A stretch of DNA of 63,344 bases, filler included, from Bigelowiella natans CCMP2755 (GCA_000320545.1; 4 parts of 4 records of this genome joined end to end with filler, not necessarily neighbours in it); one strand, 5' to 3'; positions 23,221 through 35,077 are shown, counted from the whole stretch's first letter. Translations and numbers: made by a program. The notes: generated by a model from the sequence alone, not told the origin.

Positions 23221-26200
23221 TCATCGCTTTCGGAACTTCACCAACCACCAGGTAATAGATTCCTCTCTAACCTTATCTCCTTTGTCGCTTACCCAGAACT
23301 CACCTTCGTCCTTAGGTTCGTGTCCATACCAGCCCTCTGCATCAAGGTCCCCCAGGACCTTATACCAGTGCTCAAAGGGTAAGTCGGGAACAGCTAGGTA
23401 GAGTAGCTGATATTTTCCGTCCTTTATTTTCATAGCTACCCTCTCCATATTTCGTAATCCAGGGTAGCCTAGATAGACAATCTTCATGCGCCAATCGTCG
23501 TTCACCCTGACCTTATTGTTTCCATATTCCACATCGAACTTAGGTCGGGGTCCTAAACAAGGCATTGCTCGCTCCCACACAGTAGGGTTTACTTTAACAT
23601 CCTCTAGGAGCTTCTCACCGATATCATAATTCTTTAGGTGACTGATGTGGCGCAAGGTGACCCTGTTCCCATCATAGATGTAGTACTGCTTCCTCCCCTT
23701 CCTCTCGGTAACCTTTGCAACGCCACCCCAGAAGGGGTCTTGTTTATTTCTCGATCTCAGATTTACCTTGGCCCTAACATACTGTCCTTCCTTTAGAACT
23801 CGGCCATCGTACGGGACCTTCTCGTCTTCGCTCTCGGTATCGTCGTCGTTGTCGTCGCCTTCTTCCCTCTCCTTATCCTTGATACCTCCCCCAGACGTGA
23901 AGGTGTCGTTTACTAACCCTTGTATCTTGTCTGGTGTGGTGCTATTTATCCTGCTTAGGTTGGCCAAGGTGCGGTGGAGTCGCTCTACCTTGGAGTTGGA
24001 CTGGGCATAGTATACAGGTGAGGCATCAATATTAGGGTGTGGTAGCTGTAGAAGAGAGGTCTCATTATCCACATGTAACTTCTTTGGTATCTTGTTTATG
24101 CTAACTTCATCAGGGATAGCCTGGAGCTCAGACTCCCAGGTACGGTAGCAGTTAGTAAGCCTCTGCTTATATAAGCCTTTGTTCTTCTTAGCAACGTTGA
24201 CCTTGATAATCTTTTTAACCCAGCACTTTCCAGTGGCCACATCAACGAAGGTAAGGTAGTGATAGCCATCGTACTTATAAACATCAATTTGCACGATATC
24301 TAAGAAGTTCCTTGCTTTGATTTTCTTAGATGCACGGCTCTTGCTGGACTCCTTGGTGGCGACGCCTGCCGCCTTCAAGCTGGAGCACCTGCAGCCACGC
24401 AGGTATGTCCTTATCTCTTTTAGCTTGTAGGGCCAGTAGTAATGGTAGAGTAGAGCAGTGATATGGTTTTCTCCTACGTGTGCAGGTCCATGGGCGGTAA
24501 AGAGAAGGGCTCCCCTGGTCCGCCGTGGCACGTAGGTACGCCTAACATTATTAGTGTATACATATATCCTATCACTAAGTACCTCATGCTTGTGTTTGTA
24601 TTTATCCAGGTGTTCTTGAAGGTGCTGGAGCTCCTCTGGCTCAGGCAGGAAGTCGCCGTCCTCGAAGGTAATCGCGTTAACCATAGGGGTGACCTGGGTA
24701 GGGACTTTCTTTTCGAACAGCCTGCTGAAATAGTCAGCAAGCTGCTTGTCTCCTGGTGCGTAGACCACTGTCCTCTTGTCCCTAAACTCTTCCGTGTCCG
24801 CCCTCATAGCTGCATACTCATCGTTAGGCGCTTCGAGCTTGCGGTCGATGCCTAGGAGGGGCTTGTGGTCAGTCATTAAGGTGAAGCTGGGCACCGACAG
24901 CAGGTAGTGTCTTAGTTTCCTCTGCGCCTCAGTCATGGCTTTATACTCTCCTTTTGTAGGGCTGTACTTGGCCTCAGCTGCTGTGCAGGCCCTGCCCCAC
25001 ACCCGTATGATCTGCTGGTCTTGGGTAAGTACAGCAGCCATACCTAGCTTAGACCAGTCTGTCCATAGGGTAGCTGGTCTAGTAGTGTCTAGCTTAGCAT
25101 TCAATAGGGTGTTGCTGCATAACTTTATTAGGTTATCGAAGTGGGCATCAAGGCCAGCCTTGGCCCACACCTTAGCGAAGCTGAGGCCTACAGAGTTCTC
25201 CTTCCGGTAAGCAGTAGTAAAAGCAGCTGCAGTCCTAGCGTAGGTAGGGGAGAACCTACGTAGTATCCAAGCTGCAGTCTGCAAGAATGACTTTAACTCC
25301 TTTGCATTCTTAGGTTTAGGGGCTTGCTGTAGTGCTGCTACTTTCTCGGGGTTTGGGGTGATGCGGCCTTGCTCCAGGTAATATCCACACCACTTGATTC
25401 TTGTAGCTAGGAATGTACACTTCTGCAGTCTAATAGTAAAACCGAAGTGTGCAAACCTAATAAATATATTTTCCAGGAGGAAGATCTGAGCGACGACTGT
25501 GTTGGTACATATTATGTCATCATCCACATACACAAACACAAACACCCACAACACAGACGCCATCCCATCATGTGTGTATGCCCTGTAGTTCTGACTACTG
25601 AACGCATCCCCTGATATGCTTAGGCCGTAAGGGAATACGACGAAGTGCCACTTCCTGTGCCTGCTGGAGAACGCGGTAATGGGGCGGGAGGTTTTGTGGA
25701 TGGGTGTCTGCATGTATGATTCATTTTTATCTAGGGAAGAGTAGTATTTGTATCCTATGACGTGTTCAATAACGTCATCTATCCTTGGTGTAGGTGTCTG
25801 GATCCTCTTTATTACTCGGTTGTGGCGGATGAAGTTGTGCGCCAGGCGGAAGAAAGGGTAAGTAGGTTTCTTAGCTAGCACATGTCTCACGTTCCATGGT
25901 GAGTTGCTTGGCTCTATCTTCCCTTCCTTTGCCCATTCATTGATCTGCCACTCTATCTTTTCCCAGTCCGCTTCCGGTCGCCTATGTTCTGGGTCATTGA
26001 TGATGCACTCTTCGTATCCCTTCTTTAGCTCGATCTTTACTGGGGTAAGCTTGCTGGAGGGCTTCGTCGTCGGCTTGGTGATGTCAGAGTACTTCTCGTT
26101 TAATATTTTATTAATGTACTTTTTGCCTTTGTCGATATCCCAATCATCAGCTGGGGGGGTCTTGTCCAGTAGCTCCGTTATCTGTCGGATGGTCTTGCCG

Positions 26201-28194
26201 GGGTTCTTCTTCCGTAGCTCGGTAGGTGTAGGTAGCTTGTTGTCCGCTAGGTCCATAAACTCTAACGCATTAACGCTTGACTCAGAGGTCCACTCGTCAA
26301 GCCGTATCATGTTCTGGCTGATGGTCCTGCCTGACTTCTTTGGCAACTTAGCAAAGTATATCTTGTGATTGTAGAATGATATGATCCCCCCTAATTTTTC
26401 TAGGGCATCCTGTCCGAGGAGTAGTTCCATGGATAAAGTCATGGCTACTCGGGTCTTGATTTGGGTCTCCGCGTCGCTGCCAGGTATCTGTAGCTTTAGC
26501 ATTAGCTCACCGACGGTCTTCATGGAAGAGCTTCCGTCTGCTTGAGCATATTTACGTTCTTTCTTAGTCACTTGATCCAATAGTCCTAACCTTCTTACTG
26601 TGCTTAGGCTTATGAAGGACTTCGGCATGCTGCCACTATTCCAAAGGGCAGGTAGTTTCTTGTAGTCTCCGTAGCTGTCTTTAACTTTAACCTTGGTCAT
26701 AGCAACTTTGATAGTCCTGTTAGCGTCTTCGTCATTAATGTTGCATACTCCTAAGTTCTTTATGTCGTCTAGGGTCATGGGCTTGTCTTGGTCCTGCGTT
26801 GCTGGTACTGCTGTCTTCGTCGGCGCCTGCTTAAGGTGATCTAATATTCCGTTTATCTGCTGCTGTATAGCATTGATACTGTTCTGCTTTTTGTTCTTAT
26901 ATTTATTGTTCTTCCCGTTGTTGCTGCCTTGCCATTTGCTGTTGTTATATCCTTGTCCTCTGCCTTTCTTTCTCTTTAACTTCTCGTAGTGTTCGTTGAG
27001 CTGCCTGATCGTCATCCTGGGTCGTCCTTCTTTCCTGTCTCTGCAGTCTTTAGCGGTGTGTTTCCCTTTACGTGAGCAGTATCCGCAACGTCGGTTACCT
27101 TCCCTGTCCTTGTACCAGTCTCGCTGCGGCTTAATAGCGTTAATGTTTCCTATGCCAGGTACCTTAGGGCTGGTAAACTTGCGGTCCTGCTCCTGCTCGC
27201 GTAGGGATATAGCCTGCACTGCTGCCTCCATCGTGGTGTAGCCTTTCTCCGTAACGTAAGTGGATTCCTTTATCTTTAACTTGAACTCTTCAAACCTTGC
27301 CTGATCATCACCTGTGTTGTAATTAAAATCATGTAGTTCGTCGATCATATCCTGGAAGCGCGTGGCAAAGTCTCTAACAGGTTCTCTCTCATGCTGCATC
27401 ATTGCTCTGTATTTTCTAATAGCCTGGGGTAGGGAGTTAGCATCCTGTTCATTTACAAAAGCCTTCATTATCGCCTCAACGTCTCGTAGCCCACTAACTG
27501 TAGTGTGTATTTTCTCTAGCTGCCTGATCCGGGTCCTGCCTGTCTCGTAAAGGTCCATGGCTTGCTTTATTATAGCTAGCCATTTGAGCTTGTCGTTTTC
27601 GGTGGGGTTAGGGGTAAAGTCGCAGAGTATACTCCTAGCGTTCTTCCACCACCTCCTTGCCTCACCTCTTTTCCCGTTGTATTTCGTTATCATAACCGGT
27701 GCTGTTTTAACAGACATGAACTGGGTGTTCCGCTGTACCGGCTGCTGCTGCTTGACGGTGCTCTGGGTCGTCCCCCGCGAGGCGCCCAGACCCCCGTCGT
27801 TCCTAAACAAAGCTGCCCACTCTGGAGGTAAGTCTGCTTCGTAATCCATGATGTCCTGCATGATAGCTGCCCAAACATCATGTGTCTGATACTTGTATTC
27901 TATCGATACTTTCAGTTTGGCGTAGTTGCTCGCCCTGGGTCGCAAGGCTCGTAATGCCATTACGACCTTCTTGCTTTCGGCGGCCACGTCCTCGTCGTCC
28001 GCCTCGTAGAAGTTCTCCAGTGCCTCTGCTGCTGCATCTGCTTTCTTAATCCCGGGTGCTGGTCCCGGCGGTGCCTGTGGAGGTGTTCCTCCTCCTTCCT
28101 TAGCGTCCGTATCGCCCTTCCTTTCCTGTTTCTGCTCGTGCCCTTGCACGGCCTGCGAGCCAAAGTCCTGCTGTTCTTCTAGCTGCTGTGACAT
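23221..28194 (-). CDS. Single-ORF gag-pol polyprotein (1657 aa) with a C-terminal methyltransferase-like extension
   Basis: Zn knuckle CGYCSRKGKHTAKDC. Protease-like ALWNSGS..LLLGQDAL. RT LDKNESY, FPYGL, YVDD. RNase H TDWS..E..TDHKPL..LADYFSR. Integrase HGPAH..CRC, QIDV, VDNE, KVER. GPY/F-type module KQDPFWGGVAKV. About 130 extra C-terminal residues. Confidence 0.95.
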   Translation of the reverse strand: MSQQLEEQQDFGSQAVQGHEQKQERKGDTDAKEGGGTPPQAPPGPAPGIKKADAAAEALENFYEADDEDVAAESKKVVMALRALRPRASNYAKLKVSIEYKYQTHDVWAAIMQDIMDYEADLPPEWAALFRNDGGLGASRGTTQSTVKQQQPVQRNTQFMSVKTAPVMITKYNGKRGEARRWWKNARSILCDFTPNPTENDKLKWLAIIKQAMDLYETGRTRIRQLEKIHTTVSGLRDVEAIMKAFVNEQDANSLPQAIRKYRAMMQHEREPVRDFATRFQDMIDELHDFNYNTGDDQARFEEFKLKIKESTYVTEKGYTTMEAAVQAISLREQEQDRKFTSPKVPGIGNINAIKPQRDWYKDREGNRRCGYCSRKGKHTAKDCRDRKEGRPRMTIRQLNEHYEKLKRKKGRGQGYNNSKWQGSNNGKNNKYKNKKQNSINAIQQQINGILDHLKQAPTKTAVPATQDQDKPMTLDDIKNLGVCNINDEDANRTIKVAMTKVKVKDSYGDYKKLPALWNSGSMPKSFISLSTVRRLGLLDQVTKKERKYAQADGSSSMKTVGELMLKLQIPGSDAETQIKTRVAMTLSMELLLGQDALEKLGGIISFYNHKIYFAKLPKKSGRTISQNMIRLDEWTSESSVNALEFMDLADNKLPTPTELRKKNPGKTIRQITELLDKTPPADDWDIDKGKKYINKILNEKYSDITKPTTKPSSKLTPVKIELKKGYEECIINDPEHRRPEADWEKIEWQINEWAKEGKIEPSNSPWNVRHVLAKKPTYPFFRLAHNFIRHNRVIKRIQTPTPRIDDVIEHVIGYKYYSSLDKNESYMQTPIHKTSRPITAFSSRHRKWHFVVFPYGLSISGDAFSSQNYRAYTHDGMASVLWVFVFVYVDDDIICTNTVVAQIFLLENIFIRFAHFGFTIRLQKCTFLATRIKWCGYYLEQGRITPNPEKVAALQQAPKPKNAKELKSFLQTAAWILRRFSPTYARTAAAFTTAYRKENSVGLSFAKVWAKAGLDAHFDNLIKLCSNTLLNAKLDTTRPATLWTDWSKLGMAAVLTQDQQIIRVWGRACTAAEAKYSPTKGEYKAMTEAQRKLRHYLLSVPSFTLMTDHKPLLGIDRKLEAPNDEYAAMRADTEEFRDKRTVVYAPGDKQLADYFSRLFEKKVPTQVTPMVNAITFEDGDFLPEPEELQHLQEHLDKYKHKHEVLSDRIYVYTNNVRRTYVPRRTRGALLFTAHGPAHVGENHITALLYHYYWPYKLKEIRTYLRGCRCSSLKAAGVATKESSKSRASKKIKARNFLDIVQIDVYKYDGYHYLTFVDVATGKCWVKKIIKVNVAKKNKGLYKQRLTNCYRTWESELQAIPDEVSINKIPKKLHVDNETSLLQLPHPNIDASPVYYAQSNSKVERLHRTLANLSRINSTTPDKIQGLVNDTFTSGGGIKDKEREEGDDNDDDTESEDEKVPYDGRVLKEGQYVRAKVNLRSRNKQDPFWGGVAKVTERKGRKQYYIYDGNRVTLRHISHLKNYDIGEKLLEDVKVNPTVWERAMPCLGPRPKFDVEYGNNKVRVNDDWRMKIVYLGYPGLRNMERVAMKIKDGKYQLLYLAVPDLPFEHWYKVLGDLDAEGWYGHEPKDEGEFWVSDKGDKVREESITWWLVKFRKR

Positions 28195-28233
28195 TGTTAG
28201 TCAAATCGTTTCCCGTGTGTGGAAGCCAAAGGT

Positions 28234-28559
28234 TGTTGCGCGTAAGGTGTTCACAGGCCGAGGCGCTACGTGCACAAGTAGGCAGGGGGGGGGAAAGGCA
28301 CGTTTGCTTCCTTTTGAAGAGTTGTGTTTATTTTTATTAAAGATTATATTTTTATTAAATCGTGCACTGCGTAATCATTCGCGAAGCTTTCGCGAATGCC
28401 GCCGCACGTGGGGCAGCACACTTCCGGTGTGCTGCCATGAGTCCCGCCGGAACCCACGTGCCTATGCTGTATTAATATCTACGTTATCTATATTCTATAT
28501 CCGCGACAACCCCTTTGTTGTCGCACGTGACTTGTGCCCGCGTAGTGGTACGCGCTACA
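28234..28559 (-). repeat. 5' LTR of the Gypsy element
   Basis: Direct repeat of 22844-23169, followed on the minus strand by a PBS-like sequence and the gag ATG at 28194. Confidence 0.97.
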
Positions 28560-29540
28560 AATCACGATGCAATGAATTTCATCACGTGATTGTGATTTCA
28601 TTGCACGATCATTGCACGATGAACAACGAAGTGTCTGGCAAGCATCCCATGTGCACATCTCTCACGTTCGTTTTGTTCTTTGCATTTTGGCCAACGAGGA
28701 GCTCAAAGATCTCGCTTGAAATCCTCGTCCATCTTTTTTCAGGTGCATCCTCTGTTCCTGGTTTCATTTTTTTTCGTGCCTCAACTTTGTCAACTTCAGG
28801 ACTGTGACTTCTCTTTGCTTTCTTCACCCCGAAATCCTCCTTTCACGGCATTCTTCTTCTTGGATTTCACCAAGCAAGCAACACCATCCTTTCAAACCCC
28901 AACGCGAGCATTCCCATGGACATGAGAACATTGTGTTTTAACGGAAAATTCCCATGAAAATACACAAGCAAAAACCACGTGTGTACGTGCAAATCGATGT
29001 TGAAAAGATCACATCAACCAAAGTTAGACAACAAAATTTCAGAAATTTCTGGAATAAATTGCACAGTTGTTGTGTGTGTGTTTTGCAGCAGTCACTGCCA
29101 CCACCACCACCTAGATCTAACCCACCACCCACCACCCTCGCTCCTACTCATCTACCGATTCAATAGCACCCACCTAACTACTACGAGATCCACACACCAG
29201 ATTTTATCACTATAGCCCAACAATCAACAATCTTGAATAGACAAGTGGAACAACGTTGCGGGACTAGATAGGTAGGTGGGCGGAAAGGAAGAGGAGTTCC
29301 TTTATGTTGATCTAGAAGAATGAATAAAAGTTGTCGTGAGCATGTTGGCGGTGAAATGAGAAAACACGCTTCTTCACTTGTCGTGTATAAAATGAAGAAC
29401 AAATAGTTTCCTTTCAACTTAGCTATCATCTACAACTTGCATCTCACGAACTAACAACGGAGTTTTAAACTAACTTAACACTCTTCTGATCACTAATAGT
29501 TGGTGGGGCCGTAGTCAACCAATCAGAGGGAAGGGGAAGC

Positions 29541-30113
29541 ATGATGGCTTTGTTCCCTCCATTTCCCAGAACAGTCATGAGTCAGCTCCAAGTGGCGTCG
29601 GGGACTGCTTGTTTCTTCCTCGTGTACGGCTACATCATGAGATCATCTTATCTACGAGTCACTGCGTTGGGAATTCTAGGCATTATCCTTATCTTCACAG
29701 GGATTGTTATACAGAGCAAGGGAAGAGGGGGGGGAGGAGCGGTAGGTAGTAAGCCGCTTCCTGCTCCCTCGATGGTCTATCCATTGTCCCTTTGCATAAT
29801 CTTCGTGTTCGCTACTTACCATCATTTTTATGATATCGGTGGGAATGGGGAAGAGAACGAGAACATCATGGGGAGTTGGGATAGGCTGCGGCTGGAAAGA
29901 AGAGTTCTAGCGCTTGAAGAACTAATTTTGGAGCAGAAAGAAGGGGGCGGGGATGTAGCAACGGAAAAAGAAGGTCGTCGTCGTAAAATCACTTTTTATT
30001 TGCATGGCATCACAGATTCATCGAGCGAGTTTTTATCCGTGTTAAAAGATATTCAGTGCAACATCTATCCCACATCCCACCACCATTGAGTTGTTTCTGC
30101 GTACGTGCGGGCG

Positions 30114-30153
<40 letters not shown>

Positions 30154-30569
30154 TATGTACTGAACGTGGTTCTTTCTACAACAATAGCATCGAAGGTTGG
30201 TTGTTAATGAAAACACTAGCTAGTAGGAGTCAATATAAGTAGTATCACATGTAGTAATAGTAGTAGTAGTGGAAGGGGATAAAACTGCCATTACAATCTA
30301 AAAGGCTAATATGCTTATGTTTTATGTGTGTGTATGTCACGTATGTATGTGTGTACTATAGCCTCACTGCAATCACTACACAAATAATAAGTTGCAGCGC
30401 TCTATTCATCTTTCTTTGGTTTCTACTATTTAATGAGAGCAATAAGAGAGACAGAGAGCAGAGAGATATTTTCCCCTTCCTTTTTAGATGTTTCTTCGAA
30501 GCAAGTTTTGGAATTATTTTAATACGTTTTAATGATAGTGAGGAATGGGATTACTACCACCTTGTATGA
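29541..30569 (+). CDS. Uncharacterised multi-pass membrane protein (exon structure unresolved)
   Basis: 182-aa ORF with three hydrophobic helices, plus a further hydrophobic exon-like segment at about 30361-30565. Confidence 0.35.
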
Positions 30570-32115
30570 TGAAAAGATGATGTAGATGATGATGATTATG
30601 ATGATTCAAATGCCACATAATAAGTGAACAGACAAATTAAGCCATTCTCGGGGCAGATGATGCTAATAATTATTTTCACATAATTACCGTGTGCTTAGAT
30701 GTCTTCGGCGTCTTCTTCTTCTTCATCACCATCAAGGGGAAAGGCACCATTAACACAGCAGAGTAGTAAGCATTCATGCGATGTTCATGAGGGTAGAGAT
30801 TACACAGGAAACGATATGTTCAATGATGGGATTTACTTCGATAGGTAGTATCAGCAACCTGCTGCTTGTCTAATATCTCCAATCTACTACTACTAGTACT
30901 ACTACTACTAATCATTTCTTGTATTATTAAACGATTGTGGTGGTGCTGTAACAGTCATGGCACCATCATAGACTGAATTGAATGAAGAATTATGAAAAAG
31001 AGACTATAATGTTTACACACACACACACACACACACACATACGCGTACGTTTGGTATATGTGCATGCAAAATTGATATTTATTCCTCAGCTATGATGAAT
31101 GCTGCCAGAAGTGTGCCGTCACGCCCCATTGCAAAGGCTTTACCTTCACGGTAGTAGTAAGTATGTAAGCTACTAAGTAAGTAATTATGTAAGTAAGTAA
31201 ATAGCTGCTTAGGAAGCCATTGGATGGATTATGCTTTTTGAGAAGAAGAAGAAGAAGAACCAAAAAATTCTTTCTTCATTTTGAATTGATGACTCCCATG
31301 GTATCTGAAGTATAAATCTCTAAATCTCCTTCGTTGTGCTTGTCGCTTGTCTAATCTAGTTTTGGTTATTTTCCTATTCTTGCGAGTAGATATCCTCAAA
31401 GCAATGCTGGCTAAAGCATAGTGTAGATTCTACAAAAAAAAATCCAAGCGTTGTTTCTGGAAAATTGCTTTAACGAATGTTAAATGAGTGCATCAAATGC
31501 AGTGAATTGTGTACTGTACAAACAATGGCAATGGCATAGAATAACATCATGTTGTGTGTAACTAGTAAGCGTATGTTTTTTAGTAATTGGTGTCCATAAA
31601 ATCGTAGCACAGCGCAACATGCGCATGTTCAATGTGGACAGAGGCATCGTGCAAAGTGTGACAAACAAAAGCAGCCGCTCACTCGGTCTGTCGCAAAAGG
31701 TGTATAGAAGAAGGGTTCACAGCGCAAGTAAGCCGTGCAGATCTCGTAACGACGACACACACTCTAGCAGTGCGTTCGCGGCGGGACACCCACGTAAGTA
31801 AACCAGATGTGTTAAATATCTGAGAGAATTGTAACATTAGCTTACACATCCCTACTACCTAACACACGGTGTTTCGTCAGTTGCGGTGCGGCTACATAGA
31901 CATGCAAGCTCATCTAGTCGCATGTATGTGCATCTCAAAAGTAGCGCATATCTGTTAGCAGTCCGAGATCACAAGCCGGAGTATCGCTTACTGATCGACA
32001 TTTACATCGTAACACACATCGATGCAACTTTCAGCACATTGCTTGCACATAATTATGGTTTTTGTATATCATTCTTGGCTAGAGCATCATCCCTTATGCA
32101 TGCATGTGCTTGCTG

Positions 32116-32921
32116 CTACCACAAACTCAAACGACGACATGCCTCGGCCACTGAATCAGAAGCATACCGATCAACTAACTTTCTTAGAACCTGAATGATT
32201 TAAAGGAGGGGGGGCTGTGAGCAAGGTAGGCTGCTTTACTTAGTAGAGTATGCGTGTTGTATGAATACCATTAACATACATGTAAAACCTCTGACTTATG
32301 CAGCATAATAGATTACGATCATGATGAGAGGAGAATAATGTATGAATGACCGCTTTTCTGTTTCGCAGTGAGCATAAATCGTACAATGACACTAAATTCT
32401 GGACAATGGCCATGTTAAGGCCCTGGAATGGATCTTCTCTAACGCATTCTTCCAAACTTTGAATTGCAACTGCAATTTTGTTTGTGAAAAGTGAGCATAT
32501 TGCATAATTGTTGATAGCGTCCATTGAAGCAAACCCAGAGTCGATTAGCGGAGAAAGAATCTATATATTTGTAGTAGTAGTAGTAGTAGTAGTAGTAGTG
32601 ATAATAATATTAGTACTCTCTTCTCCTCCTCCTCCTCCTCCTTCTCCTCAATAAAGGAGTTTCTGCTCAATATTAATTATGTATCATTTCTGTGGATGAT
32701 TGTTTGGATTGGGTGCGTGGTAGCACATCATTGTATGATGAATGGTTTTTCTACATGCTGAATAATTCAACAGCCAGGCAAGTAGTGATATAAATTTGCA
32801 TCAACAAGAACAAGAAGAAGAAGAAGAAGAAGAAACCTTGTGTGCATCTTCAAATCTAGAGTCTGCTGTCAGTAACAACGCCCTAAATGATGATGATGTG
32901 TGTTTAATACATGCTCTCATA

Positions 32922-32988
<67 letters not shown>

Positions 32989-33826
32989 TGCTTGAGTATA
33001 TTATATATAGGTGTATGTTTTCTATAATTGTCGTTCAGAAGTAACTACATCGTAGAAAGAAGATTATTGTGAATAAGGTGTATATGTCTTGTCCCCCGCT
33101 TATCATCATCTGATCTGCCACCCACTACTATTATTCCTCCTCCTCTTCCACCTCCTCCACCTCCTCCTCCTCCTAGAATGACAGCTACAACAACTACTAT
33201 CACCACCTCATTTCTGTGAGCTGTGCTCTTTCCTTTGAGTATTCTTTCTTTTCATTGGTTTTGAGAGAGGATGAGGAGGAGAGGGGGAAAGACTTTTCTT
33301 TAGCATACTCCTCTACCTTCTTCCTTGCTCTTTTCACGTCACCCATCTAAGCAAGAAAAGCAATGACGATGATCATTTGAGACTATTTCAAACATCAACT
33401 AGTGCAATGCATTCATTCTTCCAAATAGAGATCGATCTTATTTCTCCTCTTTATCATCTTATCCTTATAGTTGTTATTGACTAATCGAATCATTGATTGC
33501 ATTACTGCTTTCTTTGTTCATCGTTGTTTCATCATGAATAAGGATGATAATACCTACCTTCAATAGAATCTTAGCACAGATAAGACTACTTTGCTTTGCA
33601 GCTGCTGCTGCCTTTGATGCAATGTGCAAAGCGAGTCGGAGCTTTGAACCAAGAATCTAATCATGGTATAAATAGCAGCATGGGATATGGATGATGATGA
33701 TGATGATGATGATGATGGCGGAAGATGTTTTCCAACGATGTTCTTGCCCCACGATTACTAATTCGATTGCTTATAGTACACGAGTAGTATAATCTAGTGT
33801 GATAGATAGTAGTACCATATGTGTGG

Positions 33827-33857
<31 letters not shown>

Positions 33858-34365
33858 GTTTGTGTGTGCGTGTGCGTGTGTGTGCATTTATTTGTTTGAT
33901 ACGGTGAAGGCTGCTAATTGATATGATACTCACGAAACAAGATAATGTTACAATATTTAGAAGAAGAAGAAGAAGAAGAAGAAGAAGAAGAAGAAGAAGG
34001 AGAGGATGATATGAGGTTATGAGTTGTTATTGAAGCTGCTGCTACTGCTACCGCTATTTCCACTACTTCCACCACTATTACTACTTTCTTCTACTATCAA
34101 CAATACTATCATTATCTCCTACCAAATAAGAGACAATTTTCTCGTTAATGATGGAAAGATGCTTCAACGTTTGCTTAGAAGATGATGATGATGACGTTCC
34201 TGATTTAGTTATTTATAGAAGATATACACCATCGTCAGCATTTGCTACCCACCATCCAATGAAAGAGAAGAGGAGGAAGAAGAAGGAGATTCCAGCATAT
34301 TGTACTACTACAAGGGTCAAATGAAAGATAATAAATATCATTGTTACTCCTCTTCGATAATGAGT

Positions 34366-34401
<36 letters not shown>

Positions 34402-34866
34402 AACATCACACTCCTCTCCTCAGTAATGACCTTCTTTATCACGTGTAATACGCTCCCGGAGTTGGAAAAAAGCCCTCACGGCTTCATCGTTGTCTCCTTT
34501 TCGGTTGGGGTATAGAGGGGGGAGGGGGATGCAGAAACATGCATTGTTAATGTAAAACCCTAACTATTTCAATGTCATCATCATCATCATCATCATCATC
34601 ATCGTCAATTATAGTGTCGCAACCTTATTATGGTACTCATATTTGATGCTGTCCTTGCGGATAAAATAGTAGCTAGTGCTGCTACTACTACTACTAACTA
34701 GTACAACATTAAATCATCGATGATAATATGATTATTGCTACTTACTATTACTAAGAGCCACCATCCATGCCTATTGCATGCTATTTGCTCTATCATGCTT
34801 ACTACTGACAATCGTCATGGACTATCATCATTGTTGATTATATTTTTTAATATTCAGCTTATCTTA

Positions 34867-34898
<32 letters not shown>

Positions 34899-35035
34899 TG
34901 ACTCCTACCAAGATAATGAGCCAATTCACATCGCATCACGTGCAAATTGAAGGGTTGCGACTCGAAAGACGAGAAAGGAGGAGGCACTGTCTTATTGTTA
35001 TTACTATCACTTCCATTTATGACGACCTCCCTTGC

Positions 35036-35077
<42 letters not shown>

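Larger units (their letters stand above)
22844..28559 (-). mobile_element. Full-length Ty3/Gypsy LTR retrotransposon, recent insertion
   Basis: 326-bp TG..CA LTRs at 22844-23169 and 28234-28559 that appear identical. 4-bp TSD AATC at 22840-22843 and 28560-28563. PPT (minus strand GGGGGAGG) at 23170-23177. PBS-like TGGCTTCCACACACGGGA about 5 nt inside the 5' LTR. Domain order PR-RT-RH-IN. Confidence 0.97.

Noticed and set aside
28217-28807. 196-aa plus-strand ORF across the LTR and its flank
   Set aside because: It crosses the insertion junction and is prolonged by the absence of TAA/TAG in the TpA-free flank.
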